Under the pieces are notes generated by a model that made no database searches, had not been told where the DNA came from, and saw only the letters and a list, made by a program, of their open reading frames with translations. Of a stretch of DNA of 64,000 nucleotides, positions 32,418-42,935 are shown piece after piece. The stretch comes from Cyanidioschyzon merolae. Its lineage: Eukaryota. Every line of letters begins with the position of its first letter. Positions within the stretch are counted from its first letter, which is position 1. Where the stretch lies: NCBI GenBank assembly GCA_000091205.1, contig AP006501.2; one strand, 5' to 3'. Position numbers and translations under genes: made by a program.

Positions 32418-33753
32418 ACTGCAATGATATTATACGAGTTTAATCACTGGACCAACGAGTCCTCAAACGTCGTATAGTGGCCTGCGCACGAGTCCCTTCG
32501 ATGCTGTAGCGGGAACATGCGCGTGATAGAATGGACTACGAGTCAGAGGTATGCATTTGCTCGAAGGATCGATCACAGGATGCAGGGGCGATTTGTACAA
32601 ACCCTTCCAGACCTAACATTTCTGTATATCATAGAACAAGCGTCACGCACGGGCATCCCGCATATGCGAAACGCGCAGCGGCGGCCTATAACCTCATTGC
32701 GGGCGATGCTTGATGACCCACGATGTGCGTGTCTCGAATGGGATTTTCCCAGGAGATGCCGTCCATATCGGTTCTTGGAGGCGAGATACCTCCTCTTCAG
32801 CAGACAATTCTGCATTCTACTGCCGCAGAACCGGTCTTCTCGTAGGGGATAGTTGTTCGGTGCATCCAAAGGTCCACCTAGCGCCCAGGCATGCGTAGGC
32901 GATTGCTGTACCACCGTCGCGGTCGCTGACTTCAGCCAGTGCGGCTTCGCGGTGCCTTGAGAGCCCGCACTGCGTTCTATTCTCGGGCACGAGCATTGCA
33001 CCGCACTCAATGCCCGTGGACGCGCGAACGCTGCCGATAATTTTCTACTGGATTCGCGTATCGCTTAGAATACACGCTCTGATTTTTTCCATATCGCAAA
33101 CGATCGCCTCCATGAAGCAACTTTGTCGCTCACGAAGCATCCGAAAGTGACCGTTCCTAACATGCCTTCGATAATCCTGCTCAAGATCAAGTACGGCTTG
33201 AGGAAGCGAGCGGCGCGAACGCCTTTCGATGCCTCGCGCGTACGCACATGATCCCTTCCTATCTGCGCAAGATCGATGAATCTGGACAAAACTCCTCACG
33301 GACACGACGATCGAAAAAGACGTGCACACAGTCTCAAGTTTCTCGATACGCGCACGCATCTGCAGGCCATGATCACGTAATCGGAACGCTTGCACTTTCT
33401 TCACTGTGTTTCCCCTGCCCTCATGTATTCCATGCCCTGAGATCGCGTGCTTCGTCATCGCATGCCGCGCATCCCCATGAGGTATCCGGATGCTGCGCTG
33501 CTGCATTCCCCCGAGGGGGCTTTTCCTCTCCATTCGCTGCCTGATGCAGAACTAGCGTGCGTCATTGAGACTGCACCAGAACCTTGCCTTCCCCGCACGG
33601 AAACAAGTCGTCGACATATGTTATCGGTATGCAACGCGAGATGGTCTATATCGTCTTGAGCAAGAAACACCGTACATAAAGCGAGCAAATTCGAACACGA
33701 TTTCCATGATACCCAGCGACGATCGTTGAGCGAGCGCGCGGGGCGCCACACCT

Positions 33754-35607
33754 GTGGATCTGGTAGTAGTGTCGGTACCCGCGCTGCAGGTAACGTTTCG
33801 TGTACCCAAACTGCAGACTGAGGACCTTGTTTCCAAAGCTTTTCTCATAATGTGGGTTGTACCTGGCAGTTTTAGGGCACGACGATGCGACGGTTTTGGT
33901 GTAGAATGGACCTGGTCTGTTGATCGGGCCTGTGCAACAGTTCCGTGCTCGAGCCTGAGGCGACCGCGACCACGACAGGGCGCTACGGTGCGGCGAGAGC
34001 GAAACTGGAGTCAAAAGCCGTGTGGCGTCCCGGGCAACACAGTGGTGAGAGTCTCTTGCCATATAGGGCAAAGTTCGAGTAATGACGAGGGTGGCACTGG
34101 AGAGCCTCTGGTGCACAGCAGTGGCGAACAGGCGTGGCAGCGTCGTGCGCTCTCCAGCACCGGTACAAAGGACGCGGAGCTCGACGCTAATGAGCTGGAT
34201 GACGGCCTCTGGGGTATTGTTTCTCAGCTGCCAGTCAAGCGCATTCTCATCTGGGCTGCGTTCTGCTGGCTCGTGTACCTTTGTCGCCCGTTCATGGGTG
34301 TGTTATTCGGTACGTTCGTCGTCTCGTACGTCGGGGTCTCTTTTTGCCAATGGGGCACACGTTTTCTCCAGCGGTTCGGTATCCAGGCTGCCCGCCGTGT
34401 CATTGTTGGCGTCTACTACAGCGGCATCGCTTTGTTCATCACGACGATGAGCCTGTTGACGATCCCGCGGATCATCAAAGAGGGCCAGTACTTTGTGGGC
34501 ATCATACGGAGTAGCAATCCATACGTATGGATCGCGGATACCATGCGACGAGCCCTGGGTGATGAACTCTCTGCCAAGGTGGAGGCCTTGGTGCTCTCAG
34601 AGGGTTATGCTGAGCTTGCAGACCAAGACACCGGGTCGAGTGCTGGCCAGAGCCCGTCCACAAACGGAGCCGAGACTTCCGAAAGCACAAACGAGGCTTC
34701 TCCGGGGCCGGTGCAAGTCCGCATACCGCATCGCGGCAGCGCAGCAGATGCCAAGGCGGAACGAGCCCCTGGCATCGCTGCCGGTCCGCTAGCGACCATG
34801 AATGCACCGGCAGAGTGGACAGAGGAGCGATCGAGACGACTCGGTTTGATCATCCAAAAGTCACTTTCGCGTTATGTGAATCGTTTCGCCTCCATCGTCA
34901 GCAGGATTTTGAGCAACAGCACAAAAATCATTGTGAAAGTACTGCTTTCCCTGGTGTTCTCATTCCTGATCGTCTGGGATCTGCCATCTGTGGCTGCTGG
35001 CCTGCGTTCTCTTCGCCGCTCCCGACTGCGGGCAGCGTACTTGGAACTGGCGCCGGCCATTGGTGAGTTCTGCGCCCTCCTCGGCCGTTCATTCGAAGCA
35101 CAGTCGATTATTGCGCTTGTGAACACGACGTTGACAACGATTGGCATGGGGATTCTCGGGTTACCGGGTATTGGCTTTCTCTCTCTTCTCTGCTTGATAT
35201 GCTCTTTTATTCCGCTTTTCGGGATTCTGCTCAGCACACTGCCGATGTGTGTCGTCGCGCTGACGGAATACGGGCCAATGCGTGCATTCGCCGTCGTGGT
35301 TATGGTTGCAATTGTTCACCTGATTGAGGCCTATTTCCTGAATCCACAAATCTACAGCGCTCATCTCAAGCTGCCGCCCTTGGTTGTTCTTATGGTTCTG
35401 TACATTGGCGAGCATGCAGGTGGCGTCATGGGTCTTATTCTTGCAGTGCCGCTGACGGTTTATTTGTTGCGATGGATCTATGATATTCCAGAAACGAAGG
35501 AACGTTCTGCGTACGTGAGCTCTATGCGAGCGACCAGCTCGAATGGCAGAGAAGAGCCAAGCGAAGACGTGACGATCACGCGCCAGCAGCAGCAGCAGCA
35601 GCAATAG
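33754..35607 (+). CDS. AI-2E family transporter (PF01594/UPF0118-like) with a long N-terminal extension and C-terminal polyQ tail
   Basis: The C-terminal block CSFIPLFGILLSTLPMCVVALTEYGP...HLIEAYFLNPQIYSAHLKLPPLVVLMVLYIGEHAGGVMGLILAVPLTVYLL fits the AI-2E consensus as recalled (fIP.iG...P......v...E.n.l.P...g....l.P..v..s.......G..G..lavPl). Multiple TM helices are predicted, and the protein ends QQQQQQQ, encoded by (CAG)n. Confidence 0.7.
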   Translation: MDLVVVSVPALQVTFRVPKLQTEDLVSKAFLIMWVVPGSFRARRCDGFGVEWTWSVDRACATVPCSSLRRPRPRQGATVRRERNWSQKPCGVPGNTVVRVSCHIGQSSSNDEGGTGEPLVHSSGEQAWQRRALSSTGTKDAELDANELDDGLWGIVSQLPVKRILIWAAFCWLVYLCRPFMGVLFGTFVVSYVGVSFCQWGTRFLQRFGIQAARRVIVGVYYSGIALFITTMSLLTIPRIIKEGQYFVGIIRSSNPYVWIADTMRRALGDELSAKVEALVLSEGYAELADQDTGSSAGQSPSTNGAETSESTNEASPGPVQVRIPHRGSAADAKAERAPGIAAGPLATMNAPAEWTEERSRRLGLIIQKSLSRYVNRFASIVSRILSNSTKIIVKVLLSLVFSFLIVWDLPSVAAGLRSLRRSRLRAAYLELAPAIGEFCALLGRSFEAQSIIALVNTTLTTIGMGILGLPGIGFLSLLCLICSFIPLFGILLSTLPMCVVALTEYGPMRAFAVVVMVAIVHLIEAYFLNPQIYSAHLKLPPLVVLMVLYIGEHAGGVMGLILAVPLTVYLLRWIYDIPETKERSAYVSSMRATSSNGREEPSEDVTITRQQQQQQQ

Positions 35608-35790
35608 CATCAGCAATGACGACAGTAGCAATAGCTACGGTAACAATAGCTGGGGCAAGGGCGTCAGGCAGCACCTGCTGGAAATATCCAGGAGACCTCT
35701 CTCGAATCACTTCGCAACAGCAGCAGCAGTAGTAGCATTGATAACGACAGTACCAGTAGTAGTAGCAGCAGCAGCAGCAGCTATGACTGG
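35584..35790. repeat. Imperfect CAG/CAA/TAG trinucleotide repeat region (two roughly 60-bp related blocks)
   Basis: The first block is cagcagcagcagcagcagcaatagcatcagcaatgacgacagtagcaatagc and the second is cagcagcagcagtagtagcattgataacgacagtaccagtagtagtagcagcagcagcagcagc. The first block encodes the transporter's polyQ C-terminus and stop. Confidence 0.8.
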
Positions 35791-36229
35791 GGCGCGGACG
35801 TCGAAGCGCTCCTGCTCGGAGTATCCGGATATCGATCCCGCCAGTGATGCGCTTCTTTGCACCATGAGCGCGCGTGGCAACCAGCTGTGCACAAGAGAGG
35901 AAAGTGCACCCATAACGAGCGCTTGCGTGCTCAGAGGCGTGCGCTTTTCGGTGGTGAGCACAGCGTGGTCCCAAACCTGCACCGAAGCTGGGGTGCTCTC
36001 TGTGATCTGGTTTCTGCAATTTTGGGTCGGGGCAAAGCCCAGATACCCTAAAGCCCACTGGGATTAGAATGGAACACTGAGTTGCTTGCTCTGTTTTAGT
36101 CTTTCGATTTCTTTCCGGGGTCTTTTCAGATGTGGAGCTTATTTATTCGAAGCTTGGCAGTAGGAGCTTACGGATGCGCACGTCGGCATCGGATTCTTGG
36201 TCGTCTTCTCCAAATGACTAATTCGACCA

Positions 36230-37030
36230 TTTGCTGCTTGAATTCCTTACGGCACAGGGGTAAAGATGCTCTGTGACGCCCTCGAGCAAAGCTTCGAATC
36301 ATAATCGATATTATCGCCCTTTGCGTATGTTCATGTCTGTACGCTTCTCCTTTCTTAGCGTATGGCATGCGAAAGTCGTGCATTCCTCAATTCCTCAACC
36401 TTTCTGTTTGAAGCCGACCTGTGCACACTGCAATTCGCACGCTTCCATGAACGTGGAAATTACTCGACGTCGAGCCTTGACGACCGGTTCACAAGCACAT
36501 GCCCAACGCTCACTGAACTCGACGTACGATTCTAGAATCGATTCAATTTTGGGTGGCAAATCAGCCGCGCGCTGTGGCTATCGACGAACCGACATGGAGC
36601 AACTGGTCGACACCTCTCACGGTACGTGCTGCAAGAGGCTTCCGTCTCTTCTGTTTGCACGAAAACTGGTCTCGGACATCCACTTCAGTTATCACAGCGA
36701 TCGCTTCCAGCGCAGCGTGCAGCAACGCTTGACAAGAAGCGAGCCTAGCCGGATCGAATTTTCTCGATTTGTTCTCCAAACTGGATATAACTTTCCATGC
36801 TTGCTGCATCAACGACAGCACCCGATGCCGCATATCACCCATCGAATGGAACAGAGTGCACTTGTGTGCGCACTGGAAAGAGCTCTCTCCTGGCGAATCG
36901 CCCAGCGGATGCCCGTATTCGTGGGGTACGTACGGCACTGGGTGCTACGCATCCAGACTTGGCTTGTGCTCGAGTCCGGCGTTCGAGCAGGACACAGCAG
37001 GTATCCGCTGCTGGTTACCGAGGGTACTCC
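36230..37030 (+). repeat. Dispersed repeat family 1, copy C
   Basis: The segment gacgccctcgagcaaagcttcg...attatcgccc aligns with copy A (gacaccctcgagcaagcgttcg...attatccacg). The core cccatcgaatggaacagagtgcacttgtg lies at 36847-36875, and homology continues to about 37030. The 307-aa ORF 36273-37196 inside it is probably fortuitous, because the other copies are frame-broken. Confidence 0.55.
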
Positions 37031-37211
37031 AGCGCACATGCCACGCTTTTTCTGCGACAGTGAAGCTGCGAGCGCAGCCCGTGGAGCTCCCGGTACGTCG
37101 AAACGTTCGCAAAGTTTGCGAACGAGTCAGCGGTACTCACGTCTGGTGAGCGTTTCGCGAGAAACCTGCTTCGGCTCTGCGTGTCGTACCGCTTGATTCT
37201 GACGAGATCTA

Positions 37212-39194
37212 GTGCAGCGTACGATGGAGAGTCGACCGTATCACCGTTCATTTCTTGAACAGCTTAACGCAGAACTGTTGCTTTGGATCGCAGCGTACCT
37301 GGAGCCGTCGGAGGTGGAAGCTCTCTGGAGCGCCTCCCAATCGACTGCCTCAACTCTTCAATGGAATGATCTTGAGCACTTTTGCTTTGAGACGCTCCGC
37401 CGTCGCTATGGTTCTCTCTTCGCCCGACACCTTCAGCAAGCGTACCGCCAGGAGCGGGAAAGACGGGGTCCCGGTGGCGTCCGCGGGCCCTGGAGCTGGC
37501 GGCGGGCCTTCCACTGCGTCTACCACGCTCACCGGTGGCTGTTTGGCGTGAGCTTTCGCGCCAGCGCTCCGCATACGGAGACTTCGTCCATGACGTGGTC
37601 AGCAGTTTTTCGGGAGCGACGCAGCGCTCCGTCTGAGTCATCCCCGAGTCCACCGTGGGGCCGTCTCCTGGTCCAACGCTTCGACCAACGGGCCGTCGAG
37701 GGTATCGGGAATGGTGCGCTGCTCGCTGCCGTACTACGCATGCGACCTGACAGCGCTAGCCGAGACCCAGTGTATGCGGAATGTGCGCTGATTGTGACCC
37801 CGTATCGCATTGTCTGGTTCGAAGCGACACCCCTGTCCGGCTCTGATCTGTGCCTGGACACCGAGCGGAGTCACTTGCTCACCACGCCGCTCGTGCTGAC
37901 GGCAGCGCTGAGCGACGATGAGCGACTACTGGTGCTAGGTCGTCGAGGCTGCACCCTCGAAGTGCGTGATGTCATGACCTGCAACGTTGTTGCTGAGGCC
38001 CGCCTCCCGGTGCGCATTTCGAAACGGGACGAGTACTCGTGCCTCGACGCTGCGGGCGATATGATCGCAGCAGGCACCATGGCTGGTAGGCTTTTGATTT
38101 TCGATTGCACGCAAGCTCTCCAGAAGGGTGTCCAGCGAACGGGTACCGTGCGCCTGAAACCTGTGCGAATGGAAATAAGTACAAGCGGTGAGCCGCTCTC
38201 GCAGGTGCGCCTCTGCCGAAGCGCCGAAAGCAGTCATCGTCCCGATCTCGTTGTGGTGTGCACTCAAAAGCAGTTGCGCATCTACTATATCCAACTGGGA
38301 CTTTTTATCTTCCAGCGGGATTTCGAGCGCCCCATCCGTAGCGTACACAGCGCGCGCTCTCGTACCTGCATTTACATTGCTTCGGGGAGTACGGTGGACA
38401 TTATCGAACTACCGGCCTTGGAGTATGCGGCGACACTGGGGCGTCCATCGATCATGAGCGAAGACGATCAATTGACCTGTATTGCCGTTGACGAGCACGG
38501 CAATGTTGCTGGCGGCTGGAGCAGCGGACACGTAACCTTTTGGCCGGCACGAGGACGCCTCGTTGGCATCGCGCTAACCTACCACGATCGTCACTTGGAC
38601 CTGCACGAATGGAAGCAGTCTGGGCGTGTCTGTCGGACGGATCTCTCACAGGACGTCGATGAGCTTGAAAGGAATGCCCAGTCGGCATGGTGCGGATCCC
38701 GAAGCCCCATCCGAAGCATCTACGTCGATCGTGATCGAGTGATCAGCGCCTCGAGTGGCGGCGTTATAGAGGTTTTTGCTCACCAGCAGGTAATCGAGGC
38801 ACCAGCAGTTCATTCCTTACGACACGAATCATATGCTCATGCCTGGCAGCATTGCCGCACCGCTCGTATTTCGATACCGAACCTGCACGGAGACATCACG
38901 CATCTTAGTGCCGGGGAAGGGACACTGCTAGGCGGTCTCTGTGGCGACGCAGCGAGTGCGCAGCGGTTGCCGCTCGTCTTGCTTCAGTTCTCTGCGCTGC
39001 GAGACCAGAGTAATGGTGGCGCTGCAGAGGCCGACGAGTCGGCTGACACACTCGGCTGTGCTGGAGTTGCTGGCGGAGCACCCGTGCGGTATCGCGAAAA
39101 CGGTTGGCTCCCGCCCGCAGACATCATCCAGGCGTTCTGGGTGCTGGAGTCATCTGGTCCCGACAAGCTCGCGCCCGTCATCACCCGAGACTGA
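37212..39194 (+). CDS. F-box domain protein (possible beta-propeller C-terminal region)
   Basis: The N-terminal segment LNAELLLWIAAYLEPSEVEALWSASQSTASTLQWNDLEHFCFE resembles an F-box. The rest of the 660-aa ORF has no confidently recognised motif. Confidence 0.5.
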   Translation: MQRTMESRPYHRSFLEQLNAELLLWIAAYLEPSEVEALWSASQSTASTLQWNDLEHFCFETLRRRYGSLFARHLQQAYRQERERRGPGGVRGPWSWRRAFHCVYHAHRWLFGVSFRASAPHTETSSMTWSAVFRERRSAPSESSPSPPWGRLLVQRFDQRAVEGIGNGALLAAVLRMRPDSASRDPVYAECALIVTPYRIVWFEATPLSGSDLCLDTERSHLLTTPLVLTAALSDDERLLVLGRRGCTLEVRDVMTCNVVAEARLPVRISKRDEYSCLDAAGDMIAAGTMAGRLLIFDCTQALQKGVQRTGTVRLKPVRMEISTSGEPLSQVRLCRSAESSHRPDLVVVCTQKQLRIYYIQLGLFIFQRDFERPIRSVHSARSRTCIYIASGSTVDIIELPALEYAATLGRPSIMSEDDQLTCIAVDEHGNVAGGWSSGHVTFWPARGRLVGIALTYHDRHLDLHEWKQSGRVCRTDLSQDVDELERNAQSAWCGSRSPIRSIYVDRDRVISASSGGVIEVFAHQQVIEAPAVHSLRHESYAHAWQHCRTARISIPNLHGDITHLSAGEGTLLGGLCGDAASAQRLPLVLLQFSALRDQSNGGAAEADESADTLGCAGVAGGAPVRYRENGWLPPADIIQAFWVLESSGPDKLAPVITRD

Positions 39195-39249
39195 TTAGGA
39201 AGGCGACTAGATACCACCATGCAACGGTGAGATGCATCTGGTACAAGGC

Positions 39250-39900
39250 ACCGCGGAACGAACGCACGAGACGTTCGACTGCGTTCGTATAGTCAGCACA
39301 ACGGAAAACGTTCTGCAACCCTCGAGGGTATACGTCTATATATGTACTCACGTGCAGACGCCTATCAGCCGTTTTTTGACCTGCCACCTGCTATCGGTTT
39401 TAGTTTATCCAGGCACACTTTGAGTCTGAGAAGCTGAATAACAAAGTTGGATGGTGTCCGCTTCTCGGGTCTGGTCTTCAGCACCGCATATCCTCTAGTA
39501 TTGGTGGTGGCGTTCAAGTCTCCGTTCAAGGACGCCAAGCATTTGTATAGCCTCTGCTGGTTGCACGGACGAGTGCAAGAATAGCTAGCGTTTGCGCCCT
39601 CTGTGCTAATAAAGTCTCGTCGGCAAACATCTTTTCTCGCGTAGCTCCGCTCTTCTCCTTCTTTTTGCCCTACATCATTCGATAGTCGACAAGAAGAGTT
39701 TTTTTGTCGAACCTGGCGATGACAGGCCTCCGGGATCCCCGACTTGCATGTCCATATCTTTCCCTTGGATTTTCATTTCATCAAATGAACGTACGTTGAA
39801 CGCGTCTGCTATAAACCTCGAAAAAGCGTTTAGTCACACGCACTTAAGGCTGGAACACATTCGAGGCGAAAGACGATAACAACCGAGCCACCAGCTTGTC
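39250..39900 (+). repeat. Dispersed repeat family 2, copy 1
   Basis: The segment ggttttagtttatccaggcacactttgagtctgagaagctg...cgtcggcaaacatcttttctcgcgtagctccgctcttc...agagtttttttgtcgaacctggcgatgacagg aligns over about 600 bp with 54430-55080, at a visually estimated identity of about 75%. The coordinates are approximate. Confidence 0.55.
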
Positions 39901-40175
39901 CATAGTTGTCATTATATCAGCCGTTTCGCAGTCGGCAGCCTTGCGTACCGTTGTGCTCACCTCGGTACGCGAGTCGACCAGGACGTTCGTCGCCACGAGA
40001 GACAGTGTGGCGCGGCAGTCTCCCTCACAGCCAGTTTCTCACTCGTCAAGCAGCAGCAGCAGCAACAGCAACCTTCTCCAGTGTTCGCAACACGTGTTGC
40101 TCGCGAGCAGAAACACGCCCCGCGAAGCGACGCAGGTGACTTGAAAAGAACAAACAGCAAGCCACGAACACTTGT

Positions 40176-40691
40176 ATGGCTCGTGCTGCAGAGAAACAAC
40201 GGTTGAAAACGAACCGTAAGCGACTGCGGTTGCTATTATACTGGGGACTCGCTGGTGCTCTGCTGTACAGCGTGGCGAACGCCAGACGCTATCGACTTGT
40301 GCACTGGAGCTGGTTCCTGTTCGCGGCAGAGAACGTGTGCGTTTGGAGTCTGTACGGTGTGCTCGTTCGGGCTGCAGCACCCGAGTTCGACAAGGCAACT
40401 GGAGCCTTGGTTGATGCCGGCCTGGACCTGGGCGCGCCAGGCGTACTCGAGTACCTGAACGACACTCTGTACGTCCTTCTTCTAGCGGAGAGTCTAGCGG
40501 CGCTGTCGAACTGGTGCTGGCTTCTATTAGTCACGATACCTGGGTTCCTTATCTACCAGTTACTGGGGCACCTCGGTCGTGGACACGCGAGCGCTGTCGA
40601 GCGTGCGTCGCTGGAACCGCGTCCCGGACGCAGCAGGGAACGGCCGCTCCCGCGCGACCGAGCACCGCCCGAGTCCAGGCGCCTGCGCTGA
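40176..40691 (+). CDS. TMEM208/SND2-family ER membrane protein
   Basis: The 171-aa ORF has a basic N-terminus and three hydrophobic segments. The motif GALVDAGLDLGAPGVLEYLNDTLYVLLLA matches the TMEM208 GALMDGGMDL...LKDVILLTAI region as recalled. Confidence 0.55.
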   Translation: MARAAEKQRLKTNRKRLRLLLYWGLAGALLYSVANARRYRLVHWSWFLFAAENVCVWSLYGVLVRAAAPEFDKATGALVDAGLDLGAPGVLEYLNDTLYVLLLAESLAALSNWCWLLLVTIPGFLIYQLLGHLGRGHASAVERASLEPRPGRSRERPLPRDRAPPESRRLR

Positions 40692-41548
40692 GAGCTCTCC
40701 GCTTTACGAGAGAACACAAACATGGGTCGCAGTGTTCTGCAAAGAGGAGTAAGAGTTGGCGGCGACAACGCGGAGCGTTTCCAGAAGAAACAGCGTCCAA
40801 GATCGTCTCAGAGAAAAATTTGCGAAACAGCGTCGCTTCCTCCTCCAATGAAGCGTTCCACATTCAGATGGCAGTAGACCGGTATAAAGCCGGTCATAGG
40901 GACAGTGCTTGTTTCCAGCACGCGTTCTCAGACTGGACATGTTCGATGGTGGGATTGGCGCACTGAACGCAATCGCACTGGTGCGCGTCTTCGCGGACTA
41001 TGATGTTTTTCCGCATGCAGCCTGCGTTTCGGCTAGATGTCGCATCTGAAGCGTCGAGCTTCGCGGAACGTGTATTTCATAGAGGAATGAGGAGATTTTC
41101 GCGTAGTGCGTGCATGGCGACACGTTTTTCAGCAGCATCGAGCATTCGATGCGGTATCGCTGGTGAACGGAACACACTCAATGGTGCTGGTTTCGCGATC
41201 AGCGACGCTTCCGTCTCGGTACGAGCGTCTTAAGAATAGAAACGAGTTGGATGCATGGCGTTGATCCGAAACGCTTGCGTGCAGTACCTAGTCCTCGAAG
41301 CGGAGTGCTGCTTTCGTGCCGGGCACATGCGGCGCTCACCCGGAATTGACGCACGCCAAGCTCGCGGAATCGCGGAATGCAAGTCTAAGGCAGTAACTTG
41401 CACCAAACGAAGCGAGTTGCAAGCACAGGACGCTTGCTTTTAAGTGTGTGAAAGGAGCAGCGGGTTATCCTTGCAGCTTGCAAGATTTTTGAACGCGGTG
41501 CTGCGGAGCCGCACGCGCTGGTACCCGTTGTGCACTGTTCGCGGAAGC

Positions 41549-42547
41549 TCAGGACTCGTCATCAAGTTCGAACTGTTGCAAAAGTGAATCTAGTTCAGCG
41601 CGAGTGACCGAATTCCAAATCATACCACTATTACCTTTGGTTGGTGTCGAGGCTTTCAGGGCAGCAGATGCCCGCGTCAAGCAACCCGGAGAACGTCCGA
41701 TGATTTCAGCAGAAACGACGCCGCCGTTTCGGGCATCGCGCTCGCCGGCATTCGACTCCAGCCGCGACGTCTTGTTGGCCTTGTTGGCTATGGCCTTGTC
41801 GCTAGAGGAATTCCCTTGAATGCTGCCGTTTTGCACTGCGTCGGCTTGCTTCGCTTTCTGGTTCTCGCCGCGTGCGTACGCAGGAATCGCAGGAACCTGG
41901 ATGCTGCCTAGAGCGTAGTCGCCGCTTCGAGCACCCGCTAGAGCGGCGTGACCCAGAGCCCCACTCGTGAGCATCGCCAGAAACTCTTTATCATAGAGCA
42001 TTAAACCGAGACGGCGCCCAAAATTCTTTAGCGCCCTCTTCATCGCATCTGTGCAGGCTTCTTTCTTGACTTTCTGCAAGGCGTCACCGCGGGTTCGCAT
42101 CCCATCGCAAACGCCACATCCGATATCTTCATGGAATGCACCAGTTTCCATTAGCGTGACGCGCATGACTGCAGTAGCCATTGCGTTCCAGCGACCGTCG
42201 GGACCCTGCTCACAATAGTCAACGTCGAAGGACTGGAGCGCATTGCTCCAACCACCGTATCCGAAGATCTCGTTTGCAACCTGAATCGCTTGCCACCCTT
42301 GAAGATAGTAAAGCGCCTTGCCCCCAGGTCCGACTCGCTTTGAAACCTCTCGCGCTGGGATAGCTTCATTCAACCGGCTCGTGGTTGTTGCGCTGGAGCG
42401 ATTCGCAAACGACGGGGTAACTGGCGGCGAACGCGTACCCCCGAATAACGCCGACGTCTCCCGTGAACGTTTCAAAGGTGGCGTTCTCCACGGTGACGAC
42501 TTCATAACGTTTGCACTCACGCGTTGAGCATCGGGAAGTGAAGGCAC
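41549..42547 (-). CDS. RAD52: DNA repair/recombination protein RAD52 homolog
   Basis: The RAD52 N-terminal DNA-binding domain is present: NEIFGYGGWSN...HEDIGCGV...KKEACTDAMKRALKNFGRRLGLMLYDKEF. The C-terminus is low-complexity. Confidence 0.85.
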   Translation of the reverse strand: MPSLPDAQRVSANVMKSSPWRTPPLKRSRETSALFGGTRSPPVTPSFANRSSATTTSRLNEAIPAREVSKRVGPGGKALYYLQGWQAIQVANEIFGYGGWSNALQSFDVDYCEQGPDGRWNAMATAVMRVTLMETGAFHEDIGCGVCDGMRTRGDALQKVKKEACTDAMKRALKNFGRRLGLMLYDKEFLAMLTSGALGHAALAGARSGDYALGSIQVPAIPAYARGENQKAKQADAVQNGSIQGNSSSDKAIANKANKTSRLESNAGERDARNGGVVSAEIIGRSPGCLTRASAALKASTPTKGNSGMIWNSVTRAELDSLLQQFELDDES

Positions 42548-42670
42548 AGCTGGAGCAGTCGCACTGGAAGAGGTCTCACAGTGCGGAGAGACGACGCGGG
42601 AACTGCCTCATACACGCTGAACACACAGGCGGTGGCGATTTGAATATGCGTGTTGACGCGCGTCGACAGC

Positions 42671-42935
42671 GGAGCGTTCATGCGTGCAGGTCGGCAGCAG
42701 CGCGTACTGCGTCCTGCTCGGGGTATGCTGTATTCAGCGTGTGTGAAACGACTGGATGCACCGGGCTCGTGCTTCGTAGTGAACGCTGGAGCTGGACTGG
42801 ACTACCGCGGAGCGTTCATGCGTGCAGGTAGGCAGCAGCGCGTACTGCGTCCTGCTCGGGGTATGCTGTATTCAGCGTGTGTGAAACGACTGGATGCACC
42901 GGGCTCGTGTTTCGTAGTGAACGCTGGAGCTGGAC
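42671..42935. repeat. Tandem direct duplication, 2 x about 138 bp at about 97% identity
   Basis: The unit ggagcgttcatgcgtgcaggt(c/a)ggcagcagcgcgtactgcgtcctgctcggggtatgctgtattcagcgtgtgtgaaacgactggatgcaccgggctcgtg(c/t)ttcgtagtgaacgctggagctgga occurs at 42671 and again at 42809. It lies 125-390 bp upstream of the RAD52 start. Confidence 0.85.

Noticed and set aside
36273-37196. 307-aa ORF spanning repeat family 1 copy C (also 1270-1542 and 11237-11659 in other copies)
   Set aside because: The homologous copies A, B and D are frame-broken, and inter-copy substitutions are non-synonymous in all frames, so the open frame in copy C looks fortuitous.
39396-39500. Resemblance of repeat family 2 to U2 snRNA (cgcttctcgg) or 5S rRNA (gatctcgtcttcag)
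   Set aside because: Only 8-12-nt chance matches. The diagnostic U2 GGCUAAGAUCA branch-site region and the 5S boxes are absent.
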